The translations under genes and the position numbers were made by a program. DNA of 64,000 nucleotides from Nitrospirota bacterium. Lineage in GTDB: Bacteria > Nitrospirota > JACRHJ01. Numbering within the stretch: position 1 is the stretch's first letter; each line of letters begins with the position of its first letter. Shown in pieces: positions 45,820 through 56,755 of this stretch. Where the stretch lies: contig CAVTDB010000026.1 in the NCBI GenBank assembly GCA_963733375.1, positions 1 through 64,000 of the forward strand. Direction: 5' to 3'. The notes under the pieces are model-generated. The model saw nothing but the letters and a program-made list of their open reading frames with translations, ran no database searches and had not been told where the DNA came from.

Positions 45820-46571
45820 AAATGAAGAAATCGCTATACGTTCTTTTGGCGGCGCTTATCCTTTCCGCGACACCAGCGATGGCCGCGGACCTGACCGTAT
45901 CCGCCGCGATTAGCCTGACAGAGTCGTTTAAAGACATAAAAACCGCCTTTGAGAAGGAAAATCCGGGCACGACCGTCACATACAATTTCGGCGCGTCCGG
46001 GACGCTCCTGCAGCAGATAAAAAATGGAGCCCCCGTGGACGTCTTCGCGTCGGCGGACGAAGAGACTATGGACAAGGCTGGGAAGGAAGGCCTGATCGCG
46101 AAGGGCACGAGGAAGGATTTTACTTCCAACGCGCTTGTGCTTATAGTTCCGGCGGGCCGGGAGATGAAAGTTACCTCCGTTAAAGACCTGGCTTCCCCCG
46201 ACGTTAAACGCATAGCCGTGGGGAAACCCGAATTCGTCCCTGCCGGCCATTACACGAAGAAGGCGCTTTCGGCGTATGGACTGTGGGATAAACTGTCGCC
46301 CAAGTTTATTTATGCGGATAATGTGCGGCAGGTCCTGGACTATGTAGCAAGAGGCGAGGTAGATGCGGGTTTCGTTTATATCACCGATGCGGCCACGGCC
46401 GGGGATAAAGTGAAGGTGGTGGGCGAGGTCTCGAAGACCGGACCTATAAGCTATCCGATAGCGGTTGTAAAAAACAGTAAAGACAAGCAGGCAGCCGTCA
46501 AGTTTGTAGAATATGTCACCGGCGAAAAAGGGCGGGAGATACTCTCGAAGCACGGGTTCAAAGCTAAATGA
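45816..46571 (+). CDS. modA: Molybdate-binding protein
   Basis: VSAAISL; FGASG.L..QI.NGAP.DVFASA; VPAG.Y; NVRQVL.YV. Confidence 0.93.
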   Translation: MKMKKSLYVLLAALILSATPAMAADLTVSAAISLTESFKDIKTAFEKENPGTTVTYNFGASGTLLQQIKNGAPVDVFASADEETMDKAGKEGLIAKGTRKDFTSNALVLIVPAGREMKVTSVKDLASPDVKRIAVGKPEFVPAGHYTKKALSAYGLWDKLSPKFIYADNVRQVLDYVARGEVDAGFVYITDAATAGDKVKVVGEVSKTGPISYPIAVVKNSKDKQAAVKFVEYVTGEKGREILSKHGFKAK

Positions 46572-47215
46572 AAATCAACGTGGACATAACCCTGGCGCTT
46601 AAATCGCGCGGGAGCTGCTTTAAGTTGAATGCGGCCTTCAAGACCGACGACGATTTTCTGGTCATCCAGGGACCGTCCGGCTCCGGCAAGAGCCTGACAC
46701 TTAAATGCATGGCGGGAATCCTCAGGCCGGACGAAGGGCGGATAGCCGTGGGAGACAAGGTATTCTTCGACCCTAATGAGGGGGTGGATCTCCCGGCCCG
46801 GATGCGTGGGGCGGGCTGCCTTTTCCAGGACTACGCCCTGTTCCCGCACATGGACGTAAGGCAGAACGTGGCATTCGGGCTGAAGAGGATTGGCAGAAAG
46901 CTTTCAACGGAGGAACAGTCGCGCATCGAGTACCTGCTTGACTTATTTCATATATCGGGAAAAGCCACGATGAGGCCGAGGGATCTCTCCGGAGGGCAGA
47001 GGCAGAGGGTCGCGCTGGCGAGGGCGCTCGTAATAAACCCGGACATCCTGCTCCTGGACGAGCCGTTCTCCGCGCTCGACACGCCTCTCCGTAAAGAATT
47101 AAGAGAAGAACTGAAGACCATCCAATCCGTGTTTAAGATCCCGGTCGTGCTGGTGACGCATGACCGCGGAGGACGCCGAATTTTTCGGAGGGACGATAGT
47201 CAACTACAAGAATGA
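46568..47215 (+). CDS. modC: Molybdate ABC ATPase (short, no TOBE domain visible; end approximate)
   Basis: GPSGSGKS, FQDYALFPH, LSGGQRQR, LLDEPFSALD. Confidence 0.85.
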   Translation: MKINVDITLALKSRGSCFKLNAAFKTDDDFLVIQGPSGSGKSLTLKCMAGILRPDEGRIAVGDKVFFDPNEGVDLPARMRGAGCLFQDYALFPHMDVRQNVAFGLKRIGRKLSTEEQSRIEYLLDLFHISGKATMRPRDLSGGQRQRVALARALVINPDILLLDEPFSALDTPLRKELREELKTIQSVFKIPVVLVTHDRGGRRIFRRDDSQLQE

Positions 47216-47220
47216 AATTC

Positions 47221-47314
47221 CCGCCTTTTTTGAAAAAAAGGCGGCCCAAAAAACTTTAAAAGGTTTACTGCCCAGCTTTTCTTTGGCCGCTTTCTTTTCC
47301 CGAAAAGAAAGTGG
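47221..47314 (-). repeat. Double-hairpin repeat, copy 7 (inverted, GC-closed stems)
   Basis: CCGCCTTTTTTGAAAAAAAGGCGG-CCCAAAAAACTTTAAA...GCTTTTCTTTGG-CCGCTTTCTTTTC-CC-GAAAAGAAAGTGG. Confidence 0.85.
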
Positions 47315-47327
47315 GGTCTGAGGTTTT

Positions 47328-48433
47328 ATGATTAAAATCTGCGATACCACATTACGCGACGGCGAGCAGGCGGCAGGGGTCGCTTTCTCGATAGAAGAAA
47401 AGTGCAATATCGCCCGCATGCTGGACGAGATAGGCGTGCACGAAATCGAGGCCGGTACGCCCGCTATGGGCGGCGAGGAGGCGGATGCGGTGCGGGCAGT
47501 GGCCGCGATGGGACTGCGTCCGCGGTATGGTGGCATGGAACCGGGCGGTGCGCTCGGATATCGATGCGTCTATAAGAACAGGCGTCGGGGCCGTGGCTTT
47601 ATCGCTTCCCGTTTCCGACATCATGATAGACGCACAAGCTCGGGCGGGACCGGGCATGGGTGTTAGCTCAGCTGAAGGAATCCGTTTCATACGCAAAGGA
47701 CAGGGGTCTATATGTCTGCGCCGGTGCGGAGGATGCCTCAAGGGCTGACATGGCGTTCCTGATCGAATATGCCGGTATCGCGCGGGAGTGCGGGGCGGAC
47801 AGGCTCCGGTTCGCGGACACCGTCGGCGTGCTGGACCCTTTCACCGTTTTCACTAAGGTAAAGTGGTTTGTCGAAGCGGCGGGGATGCCAGTCGAGTTTC
47901 ATGCGCACAACGATTTCGGCCTTGCCACGGCGAATGCACTCGCGGCGGCGAAGGCGGGGGCATGTGTCCTCAGTACCACGGTTTTGGGCATCGGCGAACG
48001 CGCGGGAAACGCGGCGCTGGAAGAGGTCGCGATGGCTCTGGGGCATGTCGCGGGCGTTGAGACGGGCATTAGGACGGAACAGCTCGGCCGGATCTGCGAG
48101 TATGTGGGGCGGGTTTCCGGACGCCGGATACCCGACGGAAAGCCCGTGGTGGGCGGCCGGATTTTCGTGCACGAATCTGGGATACATACTGACGGGATAT
48201 TGAAAGACCCGAAAACATACGAGCCTTATCGCCCGGAGGAAGTAGGGACGGCGCGGGAGATTGCGCTTGGCAAGCATTCCGGCAAAAGCGCGCTGATTTA
48301 CAGGCTGTCGAACCTTGGTATCGAGCTCGGCAAGGAGGATGCGGGCCCGCTCCTTGCCAGGGTGAAAGAGATGGGCGCGCTCCATAAAAGGCCCGTTAAT
48401 GACGGCGAACTGCTCTCGCTTTGCGCAATATGA
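47328..48433 (+). CDS. nifV: Homocitrate synthase; frameshifted
   Basis: [50 protein letters not shown]. Confidence 0.93.
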
Positions 48434-48454
48434 AAGTCAAAAGAAAGGACGAAC

Positions 48455-49351
48455 ATGGAAGCCTGTTGCCGCGATACTGAAATGAAGGGAATACTCAAAT
48501 ACCACCCGTGCTTCTCGCGCGAGGCGCATCACAAATACGGCCGCATACATGTGCCGGTCGCGCCCGCCTGCAACATACAGTGCAGGTACTGCGTGCGCAA
48601 GTTCGACTGCGCCAACGAGTCCAGGCCGGGCGTGACGAGCCGGGTGCTCAGGCCGGAAGAAGGGCTGGAGAGGATACGCGCGGCGGTCGGAAGGGATGAG
48701 CACGTGTCCGTCGTGGGCATCGCCGGGCCGGGCGACCCGCTTGCCAACGAGGCCACTTTCGAGCTCCTGGAGATGGCGCGAGCGGAGTTCCCGCAACTTA
48801 TCCTCTGCCTGTCGACAAATGGACTTCTTCTTACGGAGAAGGTGGACGAACTGGCGCGCCTGGGGGTGAAGACCATTACGGTAACAATAAATTCGGTTAC
48901 TGAAGAGATGGCTGGCAAAATCTATAAATGGGCGCTCCACGGCGGCAAGCTGTACGAAGGCCCGGAGGCGGGGAGGCTTATTCTCAGGAACCAGTGGGAG
49001 GGCCTTCGTGCAGCGGTATCGGCAGGTTTCGCGGTGAAGGTGAATACGATACTGATGCCGGGCTTGAACGAGGAGGAGATACCGGCCATCGCGGAAAAGG
49101 CCGGGGGCATCGGGGCCGACCTCATAAACATAATGTCGCTCATACCTCAGGGCGATTTCGCGGGGCTTACCAAGCCGTCCATACACGAGATAGCGCGGAT
49201 GCGGCATGCTTGCCTGCCATACATAAACATCATGAGCCATTGCAGACAGTGCAGAGCTGACGCCTGCGGGACACTGGGACAGGACGGGGACATGGAGACC
49301 GAAGCATTGATGGCGAGGATCGGGGAAGAGTACGAAGATGCGGTTTTTTAA
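48455..49351 (+). CDS. nifB: Radical-SAM FeMo-cofactor protein NifB (no NifX-like domain)
   Basis: HPCF, CNIQCRYC, NESRPG, GIAGPGDPLAN, CRQCRADA. Confidence 0.95.
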   Translation: MEACCRDTEMKGILKYHPCFSREAHHKYGRIHVPVAPACNIQCRYCVRKFDCANESRPGVTSRVLRPEEGLERIRAAVGRDEHVSVVGIAGPGDPLANEATFELLEMARAEFPQLILCLSTNGLLLTEKVDELARLGVKTITVTINSVTEEMAGKIYKWALHGGKLYEGPEAGRLILRNQWEGLRAAVSAGFAVKVNTILMPGLNEEEIPAIAEKAGGIGADLINIMSLIPQGDFAGLTKPSIHEIARMRHACLPYINIMSHCRQCRADACGTLGQDGDMETEALMARIGEEYEDAVF

Positions 49352-49477
49352 TATTCTAGCCTCTACTCAGGCAGCATGGGCAAGCGGCGGACTGAACGAT
49401 TACACGACGGTTACAATGGAATGAGAATAAGGTTATATATACACATGGCGTAGAAAACCTAACTAACTGAAAAGATT

Positions 49478-49564
49478 TGGTGCCGGCGGCCGGAATCGAA
49501 CCGGCACAAGGTTGCCCTTACTGGATTTTGAGTCCAGCGCGTCTACCAGTTTCACCACGCCGGC
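49478..49564 (-). tRNA. tRNA-Leu(CAA)
   Basis: GCCGGCGTGGTGAAACTGGTAGACGCGCTGGACT-CAA-AATCCAG, long variable arm, GGTTCGATTCC, 3' CCA. Confidence 0.97.
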
Positions 49565-49682
49565 ATCTGGGGGTGAATTTGCAATATATTACACATCTTA
49601 AGCCCCGTCAACCTCTTTTTGCTTGCGCGCGCCTTCGCCTTTATATATAATCCAGCTACTTAAAACGCAATATTTAAAAAAA

Positions 49683-50115
49683 ATGCTTACCGGCTTCAAT
49701 ACCGATTTCCGGTACAAAGGTACCGTCTATCACGTCCAGACCGAAGATAACGGCCTGAGTAACCCCGTTATCGTCACCCTCCTTTACAGGGGCGGGGCAA
49801 TCCTCGCGTCCCGGAAGACCAGCTACGCCGACATCTTGAAGTTCAATAAGCTGGAACAGGTCGTCCGGGAGATAATGGAGGAGCAGCACAAGCAGGTGAT
49901 AAAGGACCTTGTGGCGGGGCAGTTCGCGGCAAAGGAGGAAAATCTCCCGAAACCGGAAATGCCCGCACCCGATTTGAGCGCGGCCCCTGTCGGTGAAGAC
50001 CAAAGCGGAACACAAGGCGGAGACAGCCGAAGAGGCCAGGGAGAGGCCTTTGGAGGAAAGAGGATTGGACAGCGAGATTCTTGACTACCTGGCGTCCGAG
50101 GACGACTGGGACTAA
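49683..50115 (+). CDS. Conserved hypothetical protein (G.N.....G..YHVQTED type); frameshifted
   Basis: MLTGFNTDFRYKGTVYHVQTEDNG...GGAIL...MEEQHK; acidic tail ILDYL. Confidence 0.7.
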
Positions 50116-50135
50116 AAAGGGGGATTAAGTTGGTA

Positions 50136-50963
50136 ATGGCTGTTGACATGATAAAGGGCTTGAATCAGACGGCCTGCAGGATAAGGATGGACATCGTGGA
50201 AATGCTGAACAAGGCAGGTTCCGGACATACCGGGGGCTCCCTTTCGGCGGCGGATATAGTCACCGCCCTTTATTTCCACAAGCTGCGGCACAACCCGGAA
50301 GACCCCGCGTGGCCGGAGCGGGACCGGTTCATCCTCTGCAAGGGGCATGCCGCCCCGGTGCTTTACGCCGCCCTTGCCAGGTCCGGGTATTTCCCCGTGG
50401 AGGAGCTTTCCACCCTCAGGCAGCTGGGGAGCCGTTTGCAGGGACATCCGGATTCAAGGAAGCTGCCCGGGGTAGAGATTTCCACCGGCTCGCTGGGCCA
50501 GGGCCTTTCGGTATCATGTGGTCTCGCGCTTTCCGGTAAAATGGATTCAAAACCCTGGCGGGTATACGCGCTCCTTGGCGACGGGGAACTCCAGGAAGGC
50601 CAGGTATGGGAAGCGTCTATGACGGCCGCCCATTACGGTCTGGATAACCTGACCGCTATCATCGACAACAACGGCCTCCAGATAGACGGCGCGTGTTCGG
50701 AGGTGATGTGCGTGGACCCCATCGCGGACAAATTCGCCGCCTTCGGCTGGGACACGATAAGCATCGACGGGCATGACATGGGGGAGATAATAGACGCGCT
50801 GGACCGCGCGGAGCACCACAAGGGCAGGCCGACGGCTATAGTGGCGCGGACGATAAAGGGCAAGGGGTGTTCTTTATTCGAGGGGAAGGTGGAGTACCAC
50901 GGGACGCCGCCGTCCAACGATGAACTTACGATAGCGCTGAAGGAAATAGGGGGGCGGGAATGA
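50136..50963 (+). CDS. Transketolase N-terminal subunit
   Basis: SGHTGGSLS, RDRFILCKGH, STGSLGQG, GDGELQEGQVWE. Confidence 0.93.
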   Translation: MAVDMIKGLNQTACRIRMDIVEMLNKAGSGHTGGSLSAADIVTALYFHKLRHNPEDPAWPERDRFILCKGHAAPVLYAALARSGYFPVEELSTLRQLGSRLQGHPDSRKLPGVEISTGSLGQGLSVSCGLALSGKMDSKPWRVYALLGDGELQEGQVWEASMTAAHYGLDNLTAIIDNNGLQIDGACSEVMCVDPIADKFAAFGWDTISIDGHDMGEIIDALDRAEHHKGRPTAIVARTIKGKGCSLFEGKVEYHGTPPSNDELTIALKEIGGRE

Positions 50964-51910
50964 GCAAGGTCGCGACGAGGGAGGCATACGGCAAGGCGCT
51001 CCTGGAACTGGGCAGGAAAAACGAGACGGTCGTCGCACTGGACGCGGACCTGTCGGGCTCCACTAAAACCAAGGTTTTCGGCAAAGAGTTTCCGGAGAGG
51101 TTTTTCAATATCGGCATAGCGGAGCAGAACCTCATGGGCGTCGCGGCAGGGTTCTCGCTTGGCGGGAAGCTCCCGTTTGCCAGCACCTTCGCGGTATTCG
51201 CCACCGGCCGCGCATGGGAGCAGATACGCCAGTCGATATGCTACCCCGGGCTGAACGTAAAGATTGTCGCGTCACACGCCGGGATTACCGTCGGCGAGGA
51301 CGGCGGCTCGCACCAGTCGGTAGAGGACATATCGCTTATGCGCTCAATACCCGGCATGACGGTCATAGTCCCCGCGGACGGCACAGAGACGGCTAAGGTA
51401 ATAATGGCGATGGAAGAATATACCGGCCCGACATACATCAGGGTAGGCCGCGCCAAGACGGAAGTCATCTACGACGACTCTTATGAGTTCAAGGTAGGGA
51501 AGGCCGACGTCCTGAAAAAGGGCGCGGACGCGACTATCATCGCCTGCGGGATAATGGTGCCGGAGGCGCTGAAGGCCGCAGAAGAGCTTTTGGCGGAAGG
51601 CGTTTCGGCGGGCGTGATAAATATGTCCACGATAAAGCCTATTGATTTGAACGCCGTCGTGGAGGCCGCGAAGGACTCCGGCGCGATAGTCACCGCCGAG
51701 GAGCATTCCATAATCGGGGGCCTGGGCAGCGCGGTCGCGGAGGTCCTGTCCGAAGTCTGTCCCGTGCCGCTCAGGAGAGTTGGGATAAAAGACGTATTCG
51801 GCACCTCCGGCCAGCCGGACGAACTGATGGAGCATTACGGCCTGACGGCGGAGGCGATAAAGGCCGCGGTCAAGGAGGCGGTCGCGAAGAAACTCACACA
51901 ACCCGCTGAA
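50960..51910 (+). CDS. Transketolase C-terminal subunit (no stop before ftsE as assembled)
   Basis: GIAEQN, GEDGGSHQ, EEHSIIGGLG. Confidence 0.9.
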
Positions 51911-52564
51911 ATGATCCAGTTCTACCACGTCACCAAGTCCTACGACGGACGCCGGCCCGCCGTAAACGATATCTCCTTCCGGCTGCAAAAGGGAGAGATG
52001 GTTTATCTGACCGGCCCGTCCGGCGCGGGGAAGAGCACGATCATCAAGCTCATCCTCTGCGCGGAAGAGCCGGACGACGGGCAGATACTGGTAGCGGGCA
52101 GGAACGTCGCGAGGCTTAAGCAGAGGGATATACCGGGCTTAAGGCGGAGCATCGGGGTCGTATTTCAGGACTTCAAGTTAATCGAGCGCAAGACTGTATA
52201 CGAGAACGTCGCGCTCTCCCTGCGGGTGGCCGGCGCAAGGGAAGAGAAAATAAAGGACAGGACGGAGACGGTGCTTAAGGCGCTTGACCTCCACAGAAAG
52301 AAGGACAACTACCCGCTCCAGCTATCCGGCGGGGAACAGCAAAGGGCGGCGCTCGCCCGCGCGCTGGTCAAGGAGCCGGTGATACTCCTGGCGGACGAGC
52401 CTACCGGGAACCTCGATTTCGAGACGACGCAGAACATAATGTCCGTCATCAAAGACATCAACGCCCAGGGGACCACGATAATCCTCGCGACCCACAACCG
52501 CGACCTTGTGGAGATGGTGCCGCGCCGGGTACTGCATATCGAGCGGGGAGTGATGAAGGAGTAG
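51911..52564 (+). CDS. ftsE: Cell-division ABC ATPase FtsE-like
   Basis: MIQFYHVTKSY; LTGPSGAGKST; RRSIGVVFQDFKL; LSGGEQQR; ADEPTGNLD. Confidence 0.85.
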   Translation: MIQFYHVTKSYDGRRPAVNDISFRLQKGEMVYLTGPSGAGKSTIIKLILCAEEPDDGQILVAGRNVARLKQRDIPGLRRSIGVVFQDFKLIERKTVYENVALSLRVAGAREEKIKDRTETVLKALDLHRKKDNYPLQLSGGEQQRAALARALVKEPVILLADEPTGNLDFETTQNIMSVIKDINAQGTTIILATHNRDLVEMVPRRVLHIERGVMKE

Positions 52565-53919
52565 TTAAACCGGCGGCGTCGGCGTCGGTTTTACGTCCTG
52601 CAGGAATTTCTTCATTATGGAATTGAACGTCGGTTGTCCCTTCTCCCGAATCGCATACCTCACCCTGATTATCGGTTTTTCCGTTTTTATAAGCCTTGAT
52701 AAATCCGCGGGTGTCGCCGAGACGACTATATCGCACGGCATGGCGTTTATCGTCGCTTCCAGGTCGCTGAGCTGTTGAAGGCTGTATCCCATCGACGGCA
52801 GTACATATTTTAAATGCGGGTACTTCAAAAAGACGTCCCGAAGGCTTCCCTTTGCCGAGTTACGTGGCTTTACTATAACGGCCCCGGCCTCCTTTGCCGC
52901 AATGTAACCCGCGCCATATGCCATCCCGCCATGGGTTACTGTCGGCCCGTCCTCCACGACGAGCACTTTCTTCCTTTTAAACTTTCCGCCCCGCCCTCGA
53001 CCGTAATCGGAGATTCGGCGGTAATTATTACCGCGCCGGGGTTTTCGAGCTTTACCGCATCACGCACACGGTTTACCCCTGCCCGTTCTTTTGTTCCCGC
53101 TTTGTTTATAACGACTATGTCCGCCCGCCTTAGGTTTATCTCTCCGGGGTAGTATCCCAGGGCCTGGTCCGGCCGCAGCGCGTCCGCGACGACAATTTCA
53201 AGGTCCGGCAGGATGAACGGGAAGTCGTTGTTCCCGCCGTCCCAGATTATAACGTCCGCCTCCTTTTCCGCCATCGACAGTATATCCTCGTAGTCCACGC
53301 CCGCGAACACGATTACGCCCTGCCCGACCAGCGGTTCGTACTCCTCCCTTTCCTCGACCGTGCATTTCTGGAGGTCCAGGTCCTCCATGCCGGAAAACCG
53401 CTGAGCCCTCTGCCGTTCGAAATCGCCGTATATCATCGGATGGCGTATCACGGCCGGTTTCTGTCCTAAGCATTTTAATATCCCCGCGAGCTTTAAGGTG
53501 AGGGGGCTCTTGCCACTTCCCGTGCGCACCGCGCATACGGATATAACGGGGAGCGATGATTTCAGCATCGTGCTGTGAGGCCCCAGCAGCATGAAATCGG
53601 GGCCCATCGCCATGACTTCCGAAGCCTTGCCCATTACGTATTGTGCCGATACGTCGCTGTAAGAGAAGACCACCGTGTCCGGAAGGAGTGTGTGCAGAAG
53701 CTCCGGGAGCCGTTCCTCCGCGAATATGGGGATGCCTTCCGGATAGAGCGGGCCGGCGAGCGACGGGGGATACGTCCTCCTGGATATGAACGGGATTTGA
53801 GCGGCTGTAAAAGCGACTACTGTATATTCCGTATTCTTCCGGAAAAAAATATTGAAGTTATGAAAATCGCGGCCTCCCGCGCCCATGATTATAACGCGGC
53901 GCGGCCTTTTTGCGGTCAT
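52565..53919 (-). CDS. COG2403 P-loop protein (cDPG-synthetase-like; arginine synthetase ArcE family); frameshifted
   Basis: IMGAGGRDFHNFN, AFTA.QIP, YPP.LAG.LYP.GIPI, AVRTGSGKS, EEREEYEP, WDGGNND, VEDGPT.THGGM. Confidence 0.8.
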
Positions 53920-55185
53920 AGCGAAAGCGCGGCCTCCTCGAATATATGAAGCGCCTCGTCCATCTCGTCGGGAGAGGTTATTAGCGGGGGTGCAAGCCTT
54001 ATGACATTTTTATGGGTCCCCGCTTCCAGGACGATGAGGCCCTTTTTAATGCATTCCTCCTTTATCTTTTTCACGGCGTTTCCGTCCGGCTCCCCCTTGC
54101 GCATGAACTCTATCCCGATCATGTACCCAAGCCCGCGCACGTCGCCGATTGAGTCTACCTTCTCCTGCAATGCAAAGAGGCGGCTGTAAACCCCGCGCGG
54201 AGAGCTTCTCCGCCTTCTCCAGGATATGTTCTTCCTTTATGGCGTCGATAGTCGCACAGGCCGCGGCGCATGCAATGGGGTTGCCTCCGAAGGTCGTGCC
54301 GTGGGCGCCGATCTCCCAGTCGTCCATCAAATCCGCCCGCGAGATTATTGCGGAGAGAGGCAGTCCGGAGGCGATGCCCTTGGCGACTGTAATGATGTCC
54401 GGGACGACGTTATAGTGCTCCAGCGCAAACCACTTGCAGGTGCGCCCCATCCCGCTCTGGACTTCGTCGAATATCAGTAGTATCCCGTGACGGTCGCATA
54501 TCTTGCGCAGCGCCCGCAGGAACCCTTCCGGCGCGGGGACGTACCCGCCTTCGCCCAATACCGGCTCTATGATAAAGGCCGCAACGTCTTCGGGCGAGAC
54601 GACCTGCGCGAACAACCGCTCAATCTCTCCGATGCAGCTTAATTCGCACGTCTCTTCTTTCTCGCCGCAGGGACGGCGGAAGCAGTAAGGGTAGTCAACC
54701 TGATACACGGACGGCAGGAGCGGTTCATAACGGCTGCGATAACGAGAGGACGAGGACGTTAAGCTGAGAGCGCCCATCGTCCTGCCATGGAACGCCCCGT
54801 TGAACGAGATTAAAACCTTCCTGCCCGTCTTGTAACGCGCGAGCTTTATTGCGCCCTCGACGGCCTCGGACCCGGAGTTGGAGAAGAAGAACCTGTCCAT
54901 ACCCGGCGGGGTTATTCCCGATAACCTTTCAGTTAATGCCGCCAGCGAGTCGTAATAAAATATCGAACCCGAATGGAAAAATTTTTCGGCCTGGGCCTTT
55001 ACCGCCTCGACGACTTTAGGATGGCTGTAGCCGATATTCATTACCGCGTGGCCGGAAGTGAAATCGATAAACTTTCCGCCGTCTTTGGCGTACAGGTAAA
55101 TCCCTTCCGCGCGCTCCACGGTGATATCCGTGGTAAATCCCCATGCCCGCGTCAGGTGCGTCTTTAAGTATTCCTTTGCGTCCAT
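53916..55185 (-). CDS. Class III PLP aminotransferase (GabT/ornithine-type); frameshifted
   Basis: SGSEAVEGA.K, FHGRT, EPVLGEGG, DEVQSGMGRT, AKGIASG, HGTTFGGNP. Confidence 0.9.
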
Positions 55186-56705
55186 TACTCTATCTGCGCT
55201 TTCTGAAGTTTTCCGCTGAAGTCGCGGTAGATGGTCTTCCATCTGGTAAACAAGTCCAGCGCGCCGCCCCTGCCGCCGGCTTCCTTGCTCCCGAAACCGC
55301 TCTTCTTCTCGCCGCCGAACGGCAGCTGGACCTCCGCCCCTATCGTGCTGGCGTTAACGTAGACTATCCCCGTTTCCAACTCCCTTTCCGCAAGGGCCGA
55401 GTAGCGGATATTGTTCGTATAAATCGACGCCACCAGGCCGTACTGCACCCCGTTAGCGGCCTCTATAGCTTCGTCAAAATTTTTCACCTTTATAAGCGAG
55501 ACCACCGGCCCGAAAATCTCCTCCTGGGACGTCTTCATCTTCGGGTCCGCTTCGGCCAGTATCGTCGGCTCGAAGAAATAGCCGTACCCAAGGTCGCCGT
55601 GGGTAAGATGCTGTCCGCCGAAGGCGATATTCACCCCCTCCTGCCTGCCTGTCTGGACGTAGTGCTGGACCTTTGTAAGCTGTTCGTCCGATACGAGCGG
55701 CCCCACGTCCGTCCCCGGGAAAAGACCGTTCCCGATTTTCAGGGCCTTTGCCGCGGCTATGAACTTTTCCTTGAACGCGCCGTAAACGTCCTTGTGGATA
55801 ATAACCCTCGACGCGGCGGTGCACCGCTGGCCGGTGGTGCCGAACCCGCCCCAGATCGCCCCTTCTACCGCTAAATCAAGGTCCGCGTCCTCCATTACGA
55901 TTATGGCGTTCTTGCCGCCCATCTCGCAGGCTATAGCGTGCCCGGGCCTCGCGCATTTGGAAATCAACGATTCCCCGACCGCAGAGGAGCCGGTGAAAGA
56001 CAGGCCGGAAGCAAGGGGGTGGGTGGCCAGGTATTCCCCTATATCGCCTCCCGCGCCGTGGATTAAATTCAGGACGCCCTTCGGAAGCCCCGCGGCCTCC
56101 AGCTTGCGGACGAGTTCCGTGGCACATACCGGCGTGAACTTGCTGGGTTTGAAAACGACGGTATTCCCCGCGATTAACGCCGAAAACAGCTTCCATGCCG
56201 GGATGGCTATCGGGAAGTTCCAGGGAGTGATAATTGAAAATATTCCCACCGGCTCGCGCACGGTTTTGATGTCTTTATCCTTAAGCTCGGAGGGTACGGT
56301 CTCACCTGACAGCCTCCTGCCCTCGCCCGCCATGTAATATCCGATATCTATCGCTTCCTGTACGTCGCCAAGGCCCTCAGCTATTACCTTGCCCATCTCC
56401 CGCGTAACCAGTTCGCCAAGCCGCGCCTTGTCCTGCCTGAGGCCTTCCGCCGCCCGGAAAAGTATCTCACCCCGCTTCGCGGCGGGCATGAGCCGCCAAC
56501 TTCGGAAGGCCCGCGCCGCCGCATCGAACGCCTTATCCACATCCGAAGTCCCGCTCTTCGTCACCGCGCCAACCGTATCGCGCCGGTCGGCTGGGTTCGT
56601 GCTGTCGAAGCTTTCGCCGGTTGACGATTCTATCCACTCGCCGTCTATGAAGTTCTTTATAATTTCCACGGTTATGGTCTCCTGTGCATACTTAAAATAT
56701 AACAA
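55185..56705 (-). CDS. NAD(P)-dependent aldehyde dehydrogenase
   Basis: ITPWNFP, FTGS, EMGGKN, GQRCT, EEIFGPV, PFGG.K.SG. Confidence 0.93.
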   Translation of the reverse strand: MLYFKYAQETITVEIIKNFIDGEWIESSTGESFDSTNPADRRDTVGAVTKSGTSDVDKAFDAAARAFRSWRLMPAAKRGEILFRAAEGLRQDKARLGELVTREMGKVIAEGLGDVQEAIDIGYYMAGEGRRLSGETVPSELKDKDIKTVREPVGIFSIITPWNFPIAIPAWKLFSALIAGNTVVFKPSKFTPVCATELVRKLEAAGLPKGVLNLIHGAGGDIGEYLATHPLASGLSFTGSSAVGESLISKCARPGHAIACEMGGKNAIIVMEDADLDLAVEGAIWGGFGTTGQRCTAASRVIIHKDVYGAFKEKFIAAAKALKIGNGLFPGTDVGPLVSDEQLTKVQHYVQTGRQEGVNIAFGGQHLTHGDLGYGYFFEPTILAEADPKMKTSQEEIFGPVVSLIKVKNFDEAIEAANGVQYGLVASIYTNNIRYSALAERELETGIVYVNASTIGAEVQLPFGGEKKSGFGSKEAGGRGGALDLFTRWKTIYRDFSGKLQKAQIE

Positions 56706-56755
56706 ATAGATTATACTTTCGCAGAGAAAACTTTTTTGTTATAGTATTTTCTATT

